A DNA stretch of 64,000 nucleotides from the IMG/VR virus record IMGVR_UViG_2834966965_000001. One strand, given 5' to 3'. Positions 1-9,328 of this stretch are shown here, in pieces. Origin of the DNA: an uncultured virus (IMG/VR IMGVR_UViG_2834966965_000001) (Duplodnaviria > Heunggongvirae > Uroviricota > Caudoviricetes). The notes under the pieces were generated by a model. The model did no database searches and was not told the DNA's origin. It saw only the letters and a program-made list of their open reading frames with translations. Both the position numbers and the translations under genes were made by a program. How positions within the stretch are numbered: the stretch's first letter is position 1; every line of letters starts with the position of its first letter.

Positions 1-960
1 ATGCTTTCTTACCATTTAACTACATCGGGTTCTCACGAACAGCCCCAAGCTAAAACCTACCATTTAACTAATTTCAAGTACCTTTCCGGAAGGCTGAATG
101 CCTTTGTCCTGACATGCAAAGTTGCCCGTCTTTCACCCCATACCATCCGCTACTATACCTATGCCCTTAACTCATTCCTGGGTTATTGCCAAACATTGGG
201 TATCAATACAGTTGAGGAAATAGAAGCAAACCACGTCAGACTTTACTTAGTCAAATTACAGGAACGCAATAACCCTACCTCAGTACTTGATTACTACAAG
301 GCTGTAAAACGCTTCTTTAACTGGCTCATTGAGGAAGGAGTGCTTTCAAAAAGCCCGCTGGCCACTATTAAACCACCCCGAACCGAGCAAAAGATAATCC
401 GGCCATTTACCAGGCAGCAGATAGAAGATTTACTTACCACCTGTGGAGATAGTCCCACCGGATTAAGAAACAAAGCCATGATACTAACTATGCTGGATAC
501 CGGACTCCGAGTATCTGAAATGTCGGCTATACAGCTGAAAGATGTAGACTTTGACAAAGAAACTATAATTGTAATGGGTAAAGGGGCCAAGCAAAGAGTA
601 GTCCGTATTGGACATAAGGCCCAAGAAACCATTCTGCGTTACCTGCTCACTCGTCAGGATGAATGCCCGGCACTTTGGCTTTCAACCATTGGTACAGGCC
701 TTTCAACCGAAGGAATTAAGGTAGTAGTACGTGAACTTGGCAAAAGAGCCGGTCTAACTGGTGTCAGGTGTAGTCCGCATACCTTCAGGCATACCTTTGC
801 TACTCAGGCGCTAATAAACGGGGCAGGGGAGTTTGAGGTACAATCTCTACTTGGACACAGCACTTTGGTTATGACTAAGCGCTATACGGCTAGTCTGAAA
901 AGTGAGCATGCAGTCCAAGAGCATAAGAAATTTAGTCCAGTAGATAATATGAGGCTGTAA
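1..960 (+). CDS. Tyrosine recombinase/integrase of E1
   Basis: TGLRVSE, HTFRHTFA and LGHS...Y catalytic motifs; SAM-like N-terminal domain; close homologue of 15554-16552. Confidence 0.95.
   Translation: MLSYHLTTSGSHEQPQAKTYHLTNFKYLSGRLNAFVLTCKVARLSPHTIRYYTYALNSFLGYCQTLGINTVEEIEANHVRLYLVKLQERNNPTSVLDYYKAVKRFFNWLIEEGVLSKSPLATIKPPRTEQKIIRPFTRQQIEDLLTTCGDSPTGLRNKAMILTMLDTGLRVSEMSAIQLKDVDFDKETIIVMGKGAKQRVVRIGHKAQETILRYLLTRQDECPALWLSTIGTGLSTEGIKVVVRELGKRAGLTGVRCSPHTFRHTFATQALINGAGEFEVQSLLGHSTLVMTKRYTASLKSEHAVQEHKKFSPVDNMRL
10..70 (+). repeat. 13-bp direct repeat TACCATTTAACTA (10-22, 58-70), putative integrase arm-type sites
   Basis: Exact repeat 48 bp apart. A similar pair with the same spacing lies at 15560 and 15608 in E2. 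Confidence 0.55.
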
Positions 961-1002
961 GTCAGTTATACTGTAAGGCAGTTATTTGTAAGAAGGCTAT
1001 TG

Positions 1003-1362
1003 ATGTTAAACAGTTACGCCATACACCGGTTGATAAACAAAAGACGCAAACAAATATATGCACCAAAATTACACTGGAGTTTTAAGCTATATCGTTTAGC
1101 TAAAGAGAATAGCCGGATTATGGCTAAAACAGGTGGTATGCATCCCTCATCAAAATCTGAGTATAGCGAATGTGTATGCACAGGGCCTTTGGACATGTCA
1201 TCAAGAGATGTGTTTAATCTGTGGGTACACAATCCGGGGAATTGGGAAATTATGCGTAACCCTTATTTGGTACAGGCTGCAGTATCAGTTTCCAGGAACA
1301 AAAAGGGAGTATATATCACTTGGATTTGTCGGGCTAGAGCAGATTCAAGACTATTTTTCTAA
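1003..1362 (+). CDS. Divergent CAP/SCP-domain-like protein
   Basis: LINKRR...L.W...L...A..NS..MA and W.HNPGN....NP follow the CAP pattern, but the conserved His residues are replaced. Confidence 0.5.
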   Translation: MLNSYAIHRLINKRRKQIYAPKLHWSFKLYRLAKENSRIMAKTGGMHPSSKSEYSECVCTGPLDMSSRDVFNLWVHNPGNWEIMRNPYLVQAAVSVSRNKKGVYITWICRARADSRLFF

Positions 1363-1759
1363 TGGAAGTTGACTTTATTTAGGAATTATTTATCCCAAAC
1401 AATATGCCCATTTATATCGTGCTTTTCGTAAGTTTCCAAAACATCCGTACAAAACTTTTCTAGTGCCTCATTATTCTCGTTCTTTGCTAATTCATAAAGG
1501 CGAATAAACATTTTCTTACCCGTTTCAGTTTGTTTTAGATTTTTCTTCATAAAATTATGTTGCGCACACAATGTTTGACCATTTTCAATAGTTGCCTCTC
1601 CGCCAAGATCTTTTGGTTTAATATGGTCAACGTGTAAATCAACGCCTTCTTTTTTGCCTTTGCCACAAATAACGCATTTTGAGGTGGTCCCCATAAACTA
1701 GACAGGTAGCTAAGCGAGAGTTTTGCCCCTAAAATATTCAAATAGGAAGGGAGCAGAAC

Positions 1760-2044
1760 ATGGAAGAGAACCGCAGGAAGCACAGTCCATCCTTCAAGGC
1801 TAAGGTAGCCCTGGAAGCCATCAAGGGGGAGGAAACGATAGCCCAGTTAGCCAGCCGTTTCGATGTCCACCCCAGTCAGGTTCACAAGTGGAAGAAAGAA
1901 CTTGCCGAGGGGGCTGTCGGTATCTTCGGCGATGAGCGTAAACATCAGAAGCCGGACAACCAGCAGTTAGTATCCCAACTCTACCAGCAGATTGGCCAAC
2001 TCAAGGTCGAGCGGGATTTTTTAGAGAACGCTTTGGGTCGCTGA
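1760..2044 (+). CDS. IS3-family transposase OrfA (HTH)
   Basis: RRKHSPSFKAKVALEA HTH_Tnp_1 pattern; T-TTT-TTA slippery site at 2017-2023. Confidence 0.92.
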   Translation: MEENRRKHSPSFKAKVALEAIKGEETIAQLASRFDVHPSQVHKWKKELAEGAVGIFGDERKHQKPDNQQLVSQLYQQIGQLKVERDFLENALGR

Positions 2045-2094
2045 ATGTAGAGCGGCGGCGCGAAGCAGTCAACCGCAACCATTCTTCGCTATCG

Positions 2095-2970
2095 GTGGCC
2101 AGACAGTGCCTTTTGCTGGATCTTAATCGTTCCAGTTTGTACTACCAGGCGAAGGGGCTAGCGGATAGGGATCTGGTGGTGATGAAGCTAATAGACCGCC
2201 AATATCTGGCGACGCCGTTCTACGGGGCACGCAAGATAGCCTTGGAGTTAAAGAAACAAGCAGGTCTCACGGTCAACCGGAAACGTGTCCGACGATTGAT
2301 GCAGCTCATGGGTATCCGGGCCATCTACCGTCGCCCCAGGACCAGTACTCCGGCAACCGGGCATAAGGTCTATCCGTATCTGCTGCGCGAGCTGGAAATA
2401 ACCCGGCCCAATCAAGTGTGGGCGGCGGATATAACGTATATCCCGATGTCACGGGGTTTCCTCTATCTGGTGGCGATAATTGACTGGTACAGCCGATATG
2501 TCATTTCCTGGCGGCTGTCCAATACGCTGGATGCAGACTTCTGTGTCGCTGCTTTAGAAGAGGCTCTGAGTAAGGGTACGCCTGAAATATTCAACACCGA
2601 TCAAGGCAGTCAGTTCACCAGTGAAGCCTTTACCGCTTTACTGAAAGAGCACAACGTCGGAATCAGCATGGATGGCAAGGGCAGCTATAACGATAACTTG
2701 TTCATTGAGCGGTTATGGCGAACAGTAAAATACGAGGAGGTGTATCTGAAAGCCTATCAGGACGGTCGTGAGGCTAGAATCAGTCTGTGTAAGTATTTCC
2801 GCTTCTATAACACCAATCGTATCCACCAGTCGCTGGGATACCTGACACCGGTGGAAGTGTATGCTGGTGCTATGGATAAGACTTGTAACGACGTGGTAAA
2901 ATCATCAATAACTAAACCCGCAGGAATGGCAGAACTCTCTCTTAATAAGGTCCCTATTCTGTCCTACTGA
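2095..2970 (+). CDS. IS3-family transposase OrfB (DDE/rve), probably expressed as OrfAB by -1 frameshift
   Basis: WAADITY, NTDQGSQF and IERLWRTVKYE motifs; -1 frame relative to orfA and open from 2017. Confidence 0.93.
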   Translation: MARQCLLLDLNRSSLYYQAKGLADRDLVVMKLIDRQYLATPFYGARKIALELKKQAGLTVNRKRVRRLMQLMGIRAIYRRPRTSTPATGHKVYPYLLRELEITRPNQVWAADITYIPMSRGFLYLVAIIDWYSRYVISWRLSNTLDADFCVAALEEALSKGTPEIFNTDQGSQFTSEAFTALLKEHNVGISMDGKGSYNDNLFIERLWRTVKYEEVYLKAYQDGREARISLCKYFRFYNTNRIHQSLGYLTPVEVYAGAMDKTCNDVVKSSITKPAGMAELSLNKVPILSY

Positions 2971-3297
2971 TGGGGTCCACCTCATTTATAGTCGTCTCTT
3001 GTTAGAATTTTTTCCTTTTGTGCGGGTGTAAAATCTTCCAAGTCTCTCTTAGAGGCCTTTTCAGGGTCATATTTATAAATTCCTTTGGCAATTTTAACCA
3101 GGAAGCCACTTTGAGCCAATTTACGGATTTCCCTATCCGGGTCACGAAAAACTTTACCTGTTCTTTCCTTATAAGTAGTTGAAACCCAATCAACAATTTC
3201 AGGATGTTTTATATCCCGGTTTGGATGCTTCGTAAAGAACTCAACAATGAGGTCTTTTTGGGTAGAATTATTTTGCTTGTCGTTCGTTTGCATAATA

Positions 3298-4128
3298 TTA
3301 TTTTAATAAACTTACTTGATTTAAATTGCCGCCTTTTTGCAAGCGTTCTATCGCTATATTGCAATACTTCTCATCAATCTCAACTCCAATTCCTTTTCTG
3401 CCGTGCAAATAAGAAGCAATAAGAGTTGACCCGCTTCCTAAAAATGGGTCTAAAACAGTATCACCAACAAAGCTAAATAATTTTATACATCGTGTCGGTA
3501 ACTCAATTGGAAATGGTGCGGGGTGACCGCCTGCTCCTTTTTTGCTTTGACCATTAAATGTCCAAACCCCGTTTGTCCAATCCATAAACTCTTGCTTTGT
3601 AATATCATTTACCTTGCTCCCCTTAGTTTTTTTCCAACTATCCTTGTATAAGATCAAAATCAATTCTACGGGAGCGATAACATAAGGAGCAGAAGCAGAC
3701 ATAAATGAACCCCAAGCAGTCCGTCGGGACATATTCCCTTCATTCCAAACAATTGTTGAGTGATATTTCCAGCCAGTATCCTTTGCAATTTTTGTAATAT
3801 CTGCGCCAACTGATTTTTGTCCACCTTTATTTTTATCAAGGGGGATATTTAATAAAAGACGTCCTTCACTTTTTGCTAAATCAAAACATTTTGCAATCCA
3901 TTTTTGGGTAAATTCTAAATAATCTTCGTAGGTTAAATCGTCAACATGAGAATTGTAGTGAATATCAATATTATAAGGTGGAGATGTAATGATTAAGTCA
4001 ACCGAGTTTTTAGGAATAGAAGTAATTTCTAAAATATCATCTTTGAAAATAGAAATTCCGTCCTTTTCAAAATATGGTTTTTGAAAAGTTATCTCATCTA
4101 CTCTTTCTGCAAGACTGGTACTATCCAT
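3298..4128 (-). CDS. Beta-class N4-C/N6-A DNA methyltransferase
   Basis: TSPPY motif precedes HPAPFP and DPFLGSG motifs. Confidence 0.93.
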   Translation of the reverse strand: MDSTSLAERVDEITFQKPYFEKDGISIFKDDILEITSIPKNSVDLIITSPPYNIDIHYNSHVDDLTYEDYLEFTQKWIAKCFDLAKSEGRLLLNIPLDKNKGGQKSVGADITKIAKDTGWKYHSTIVWNEGNMSRRTAWGSFMSASAPYVIAPVELILILYKDSWKKTKGSKVNDITKQEFMDWTNGVWTFNGQSKKGAGGHPAPFPIELPTRCIKLFSFVGDTVLDPFLGSGSTLIASYLHGRKGIGVEIDEKYCNIAIERLQKGGNLNQVSLLK

Positions 4129-4266
4129 GTTTTATCCTTTTTTAGTTAGTCTCTTCTGTGTTGTGGCATTAAGTTCTATTTTGTCAGCCTTACAAAAATA
4201 TTATTCATATCTATTCCTAACTTGAATTCATTATAATTGTTCAAACAGGACAAAACAAATAATAGT

Positions 4267-5418
4267 TTAGTTTATCAATTGCCCTCCAAGTTTTATTGCT
4301 TCCATTACTATAATGGGCAGTTTTTCTTCTTTCATACCGCCCACCAGGGCCATTCTGTTTTGAACTTCTACCTTGAACTCTTTTGAGTTAAACCATTTAT
4401 CTGTTTCAAAATCTATTTGTTTGCATCCGTAGTTTGTGCCTAACGATACTCCGCAGACCGCAGCTGCTGTTAAAAGTACGCCCCGCGCCTGTTTCATGAG
4501 GTGTTCGTACCGAAAACTGTTTTTTTTATAACGCACTATTCCGTATGCTTCCCCAAAAAGGTCAAAGCTATTTGTAATAGTATTCCACCAATCTTTCATC
4601 GCCCATCTGTACCGGTGGCTATCGTTCCCGTGTGTGCGGATTGTTAGCCAGTCTTGAGCGCAGTATCGCCAGATATCACCCATGCGTTCAGTAAGTGACC
4701 AAAAGTCATCTACGCTCATTTCTTTAAGGAAGTCCCGCCGGCACTGGAATTCAACCCGTGTTATCGCGCTTTCTCCATTCCAGCCATTGGTTGACCAAAT
4801 TGTTTGAAACCATTCCTTCTGCGAAATGACTACTTCCAGGGATTTATCATAAATACGCCCGATGATTGAACCTTGGCCGAAACGGTAACCGGTATCCCTT
4901 TGGCCGTTTACATAGTGTTCTGCCGGAAGGCTTCCGTAATATTCAGTTTTGCCCCTGGCGCGAGTAACTACGTCTTGAGCAAGGTTAATACTAGGCATAT
5001 TCATTTCGAGGTCTATACACAAATCACAACGTGAAACCTTGTCACCAACAACTATGGCCCAAGTTCCTATCCAGTGTTTAATATCGTATACAGCTGTTCG
5101 AGCAGTGTTTGCCCAAAGGTACTCAGCCCGAAAGGTTACATATATCTCAGGGTAAATTCTGCCGCCTTCTGCCTTACGGGCAATACAGATACTTACGTCT
5201 CCGTTTTCAAGTACCCATTCATAGCCCTTGGTGCCTCTGGCATGGACGACAAAGGGTTTTCCGAACCAGGTAATACTTGTGCCTTTGCCGCCGAAGAGTT
5301 TTTCGCCAGCGTCTGTTTTGGCTTGCTCAAGTATTTTGAAGCTTTCAATATCTCTATATTGAGATACACAAAAGCCTATTACCAAGCTGTCTACTCCAGA
5401 ACCTAATACAGTATACAT
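4267..5418 (-). CDS. Rolling-circle replication initiator (Rep_trans-like)
   Basis: VSRCDLCID, TGYRFG...RIYDK and TRVEFQ motifs; hairpin-rich intergenic region upstream. Confidence 0.8.
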   Translation of the reverse strand: MYTVLGSGVDSLVIGFCVSQYRDIESFKILEQAKTDAGEKLFGGKGTSITWFGKPFVVHARGTKGYEWVLENGDVSICIARKAEGGRIYPEIYVTFRAEYLWANTARTAVYDIKHWIGTWAIVVGDKVSRCDLCIDLEMNMPSINLAQDVVTRARGKTEYYGSLPAEHYVNGQRDTGYRFGQGSIIGRIYDKSLEVVISQKEWFQTIWSTNGWNGESAITRVEFQCRRDFLKEMSVDDFWSLTERMGDIWRYCAQDWLTIRTHGNDSHRYRWAMKDWWNTITNSFDLFGEAYGIVRYKKNSFRYEHLMKQARGVLLTAAAVCGVSLGTNYGCKQIDFETDKWFNSKEFKVEVQNRMALVGGMKEEKLPIIVMEAIKLGGQLIN

Positions 5419-5484
5419 TTTTTGTACACCTACCTTTGACCGAGTATATGTTTTTTGTACAGTCTTTCACCTTATGGTGTTTGC

Positions 5485-5690
5485 GACCTCCCTGTTAGTG
5501 GGTGAGGGAGGTCTCCGGCCTTTTCGGCCGGGTTAAAACTGTTCCCCCGACTTGGGCTTTTCAGTTTATCCCCTGGTCAAGGCCTCGCCGCCTAGACCGG
5601 CTCTCGCCGGATCTGTCGGCTTGTTTCACAGCCTTGACTGGCAGGGCTTACTGAATAAGCTTGTTCAAGTCGGGGAATGTCAGTTTTTAA
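5485..5690. other. Putative replication origin / packaging hairpins
   Basis: Perfect 9-bp stem 5485-5513 (minus-strand loop CACCCACTAAC), 6-bp stem 5515-5531, and a long imperfect fold-back 5533-5690. Confidence 0.7.
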
Positions 5691-6232
5691 TATACGGCTT
5701 CTTTCGTGTTGTAGAGCTTGAACACTTCTGAGGCCGGTGCTATTTCCAGCAAATAAGGTTCACCGCCATAGCGGCCGTCTATGGTATAGATGACTATCTT
5801 GTTTCCCACTATTTCAGGCAGAAGAGACATTAGCGTTGCATCTCTGAATATAAGGTCTACGCCTAGGCCTTCGTGCATGGTATAGATAATCATGTTGTCC
5901 AGTTTCATAGCTTGCCAAACGTTTACCAGTACCTGGCTTTGTTGTTTGCTGGAATAACCTCTATGGCTAAATAACTGATCTGCTTCGTCTATAAGAATAA
6001 GCCAGCCTCTCAGCTGGTCTTCTTTCATACGAGCCAGGAAGTCTATTATTTCTGAATTCCGTTTTTGGACTATGCCATAAGAAGGTATTGATACGTTGGA
6101 AATTACTTTATCCGGTGTGTAATGACCAAGGCTTATCTCATTAACCGCCAGGGCTACCATGCTGGCGGTTTTGCCGCATCGCATATAGCCCCGTATTTTA
6201 ACTACACCCTCTATAAGGCGGTCAGTTTCCAT
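5687..6232 (-). CDS. Zot/pI-like morphogenesis (packaging/extrusion) ATPase
   Basis: Walker A GYMRCGKT, Walker B LILIDEAD, IIYTMH; no C-terminal TM. Confidence 0.8.
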   Translation of the reverse strand: METDRLIEGVVKIRGYMRCGKTASMVALAVNEISLGHYTPDKVISNVSIPSYGIVQKRNSEIIDFLARMKEDQLRGWLILIDEADQLFSHRGYSSKQQSQVLVNVWQAMKLDNMIIYTMHEGLGVDLIFRDATLMSLLPEIVGNKIVIYTIDGRYGGEPYLLEIAPASEVFKLYNTKEAVY

Positions 6233-6235
6233 TTC

Positions 6236-6562
6236 CTACACCTTGCCGATGCCAAATTGCATAAAGCCCTGTTTACGTTTTTCTTCCAAGGCTACCGCTT
6301 CATATTTGGCAACAGTGGCCGCTTGGTCTCTAACCAGGGTATCAGCAGTATGGGCGTATCTTTCGCACTGGTCTGCAATCTGGTGGAAACAGGAAATACC
6401 AAGCACCTCAGATGTCATATGGCACAACAAAAGGGTTCTGGCCAAAGCTACAGGACAGTTACGATTAGTTGATGAATATTCCAGCATTTGGCTGGAAACA
6501 TTTTTATTGCCGAGTTGGCTTGGATGAATTTCTATTTTTTCCTGGTCTTCTAGATATGACAT
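6236..6562 (-). CDS. Morphogenesis-module hypothetical protein
   Basis: Tightly packed in the operon; positional and weak sequence counterpart of 26455-26871 (RDQ motif). Confidence 0.65.
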   Translation of the reverse strand: MSYLEDQEKIEIHPSQLGNKNVSSQMLEYSSTNRNCPVALARTLLLCHMTSEVLGISCFHQIADQCERYAHTADTLVRDQAATVAKYEAVALEEKRKQGFMQFGIGKV

Positions 6563-7141
6563 TTAACTGCCTCCGGATGGGGGATTAGTCGGGATATAAT
6601 CGCCCTCAGGAATTTCTGTACCATCAGAAGGGTTATCAACCGGATTTTCAGGGTAGACCGGATTATTAGGTATGGTCTGTTCAGGCACAGGTTCACTATT
6701 GCCGGTAGTGAATATCTTGTCCTTATTCTGGAACACAAACATGCCACCTATAGCTATTGCTACTACAAGGAGTATGGTTACAAGATTTACCGATGACTTT
6801 TTAGTTAGCCCTTTTACCTCCTTGAGAGCGTCTGAAGTAATCTTGCCGTTTACCGCCTGGTTAAACATATTGCCGTCAAACATGGCTTGCCCGGTTACCA
6901 GGTTATAATCCACTGCTGAACCGTAGATATGGCCAAAATACGGTTTATTCCATAACTGTTTTATACGATACTCCGGTTCATGTTCATGATAGACATGTTG
7001 CAACCCATTTAGCTTATACTCAAAATGAATACCTTTGTCTGTTACATCTGTAACCAAACCCCTTTCAAACATCAGTCTATCCATGTAATTAACCATTACA
7101 TAACACCGGTTTGAAGGCCGGAATATTTCTAAATCACGCAT
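6563..7141 (-). CDS. Membrane-anchored morphogenesis protein
   Basis: Single TM (LVTILLVVAIAIGGMFVF) followed by a Pro/Asn-rich tail; overlaps the upstream gene. Confidence 0.75.
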   Translation of the reverse strand: MRDLEIFRPSNRCYVMVNYMDRLMFERGLVTDVTDKGIHFEYKLNGLQHVYHEHEPEYRIKQLWNKPYFGHIYGSAVDYNLVTGQAMFDGNMFNQAVNGKITSDALKEVKGLTKKSSVNLVTILLVVAIAIGGMFVFQNKDKIFTTGNSEPVPEQTIPNNPVYPENPVDNPSDGTEIPEGDYIPTNPPSGGS

Positions 7142-7364
7142 TATCGTTACCTCTTATTAAAATCATCATGGCCCAGACAAAACACCATGCCATACCAACC
7201 CCTATTCCAATTCTGGCAAACTGTGGGATAGCTTCATTAGGCAGCAGTGACATTAGAAGGAAGCCGCAGGCGCTTAAAAGGAGCCAGCTTCCCCTTGCCA
7301 GTATTGCCCCAATAAACAGCACAGCGAAGATCACCAGAGTTATTATTAGTCCGATATCTATCAT
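7134..7364 (-). CDS. 76-aa three-TM membrane protein
   Basis: Start MIDIGLII is coupled to the upstream stop (TAATG); hydrophobic throughout. Confidence 0.7.
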   Translation of the reverse strand: MIDIGLIITLVIFAVLFIGAILARGSWLLLSACGFLLMSLLPNEAIPQFARIGIGVGMAWCFVWAMMILIRGNDNA

Positions 7365-7660
7365 TACTCTGTACCTCTCAGCAGTTTGAGCACGATGTAG
7401 ACAAGGATATAGCCGATAGGAGTAAAGATGAGGATATTGAACAAAACGGGCACGCCTTCTAACTGGAAGGTTACAGCACCCCACAGGAACGCCACACTAT
7501 CCCCAATCGTACTAAAGGCGTCTACTATGCCCGTAGGCTGTTCTATGGGTACGCCACCTGTATACGAGCCTACGCCACCAACTCCAAAATGGGCACCGAC
7601 TAGACTAAGCAGCATTACCAATATCACCGATAAAGTTAGTAATGCGTTATTACTCCACAT
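7364..7660 (-). CDS. Small membrane protein, putative minor virion protein
   Basis: N- and C-terminal hydrophobic segments; C-terminus resembles that of 31595-31939. Confidence 0.72.
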   Translation of the reverse strand: MWSNNALLTLSVILVMLLSLVGAHFGVGGVGSYTGGVPIEQPTGIVDAFSTIGDSVAFLWGAVTFQLEGVPVLFNILIFTPIGYILVYIVLKLLRGTE

Positions 7661-9252
7661 TACCCATCACCACCCACCAGCCGTTTGCCACCAGCCGTTT
7701 GCCAGATTATAAAAGCCCCCAAGGCAGCCAGCAGAAGTACGAGCCAAATATCTATCCACCCCATTGCTATAAATGCACCTACCACCAGCAGGGGAGTTAC
7801 TATCGCCATAATCTGTACACGCCAACAAAGAGCTATAGCAGCCGCTACCGCAGCCAACATGATAAGCCAGCGAACTCCGCTATCCTGCTCGCCGATATTG
7901 TCTATGAAATTAGGAATAATCTGGATAATATCGCTTATATCAGTTGTTTCAGGAGGCGGAACAAAAAATGCCCCGTTTACATAATTAACGATGATGTAAG
8001 GCTCTACCTTTACAGTTTCACCGCCCACAGGGATATCAGAACAGCCGGGGCTTAGCCATTCGTCTATATAGGCATCTCCGGAACTCCACAGGACATTCCC
8101 ATAGCTATCATATGACGGGTAGCCAATCATGGCATTTTCAAGTATCATACCGACACGCAGGTTATTATCATCATCAAGATACGAATTTAACCATTGTGTT
8201 TGATTAGCCAAATCCCACTCAGTAGGAACTATATCCCAGGTATGTATGCCGTTTGCCCCTTTATCGGCATCGGTTTGCCCCAATGGATTATAATCCGTAG
8301 AGCTATAGGCGTTAGCCATAAACCAACGGCCATCTGTCTGACTTTCCAGATTAGCCGGATTCCATACCAATACCGCTTTTGTCTTGTGGTAGATTGTTCC
8401 GCTTTGATGCAGGACTATTTCAATACTTCGTATTTTGGAAGTGTCCAGCAAGCCGTCAAGGTTAAAGTACATAACATTCCGGTAGTAATCATCTAAAGCC
8501 ATCAGACCGCTGGTGCGGGTCACCCTAAAATAGTAATCATATGGATTGCTTTCCCACACCTGACTACCATCATCACTAATCAGAGTGCCACCGCTATACG
8601 GGTTTGAATTTGAATCAAATACCTTATAGTAGTTGCTGGTATTTCCGGTAGGGCAGTAAGCCATAATGACATACTTTTGCCCTTGCGTAATACTAGGATT
8701 GCCCAAAGGCAGTTGATAGTCTGCCGTAGTAGTACCTATTTGTGCCTGAGGAGTAGTTATGCTGCCAAGAACCGCACCTAAAGAAGTAGGACTGCCATAA
8801 GCATAAAGGATTACTTGCAAATCGCCCGGATTTCCTACCCTGGCGATTTTTAAAGTCACATACTGACAGCCACCTGTTCCTAAAGCAGTAAAGGATTGCC
8901 CCCTCTTATAATTTGCATATATCTGCTGATAATCACCATTTTGTGACAGGTTTTGAGCATCAGCTATACTGGTAGCTGTAGCACAGGTATAGCCGTTGTT
9001 AAACGTACCCCCGTGGTCAGCCAGCATTATTGAATTGGCTATAGATGTTTGGAATGGGTCACCGGAGACTGCCAAGTCAGACCAGGTAAGGTTTAAATTG
9101 TCGGCATAGTATTCGTAAGCAGAACCAGCTGTAAACATCTTGGTTTGCAGTGTCTCAGTTGCAGATACCGTACCGGGCAGCATGCTAACCAGCATTACCG
9201 CCAGGCTGGATACCACTCCGATTATTCGTTTTAGATGTTTGGTTTTATACAC
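7660..9252 (-). CDS. Putative spike / receptor-binding protein
   Basis: Signal peptide, beta-rich ectodomain containing the shared GQSFT domain, and C-terminal TM segments. Confidence 0.8.
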   Translation of the reverse strand: MYKTKHLKRIIGVVSSLAVMLVSMLPGTVSATETLQTKMFTAGSAYEYYADNLNLTWSDLAVSGDPFQTSIANSIMLADHGGTFNNGYTCATATSIADAQNLSQNGDYQQIYANYKRGQSFTALGTGGCQYVTLKIARVGNPGDLQVILYAYGSPTSLGAVLGSITTPQAQIGTTTADYQLPLGNPSITQGQKYVIMAYCPTGNTSNYYKVFDSNSNPYSGGTLISDDGSQVWESNPYDYYFRVTRTSGLMALDDYYRNVMYFNLDGLLDTSKIRSIEIVLHQSGTIYHKTKAVLVWNPANLESQTDGRWFMANAYSSTDYNPLGQTDADKGANGIHTWDIVPTEWDLANQTQWLNSYLDDDNNLRVGMILENAMIGYPSYDSYGNVLWSSGDAYIDEWLSPGCSDIPVGGETVKVEPYIIVNYVNGAFFVPPPETTDISDIIQIIPNFIDNIGEQDSGVRWLIMLAAVAAAIALCWRVQIMAIVTPLLVVGAFIAMGWIDIWLVLLLAALGAFIIWQTAGGKRLVGGDG

Positions 9253-9283
9253 TTCTTTATCCTTTCTTTTAATCTAGCTATCT

Positions 9284-9318
9284 CTGCCCTGAAAACTACC
9301 TTATCGCCTTCAGGGCAG
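9284..9318 (-). terminator. Stem-loop after the putative major coat gene (attenuator or mRNA stabiliser)
   Basis: 10-bp stem CTGCCCTGAA/TTCAGGGCAG; no clear U tract. Confidence 0.55.
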
Positions 9319-9328
9319 GGGAGAGAGA

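Larger units (their letters stand above)
1680..2984 (+). mobile_element. IS3-family insertion sequence (1305 bp)
   Basis: TG...CA ends; 26-bp imperfect terminal IRs (20/26 match); 3-bp TTT target duplication (1677-1679, 2985-2987); orfA and orfB. Confidence 0.95.
1386..3293 (-). pseudogene. HNH restriction endonuclease (~199 aa) interrupted by an IS3-family element
   Basis: Removing 1680-2984 and one TTT restores ...RDDYK-CVICG...LHVDHIKP...NGQTLC..HN in frame. Lies directly downstream of a DNA methyltransferase. Confidence 0.9.
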
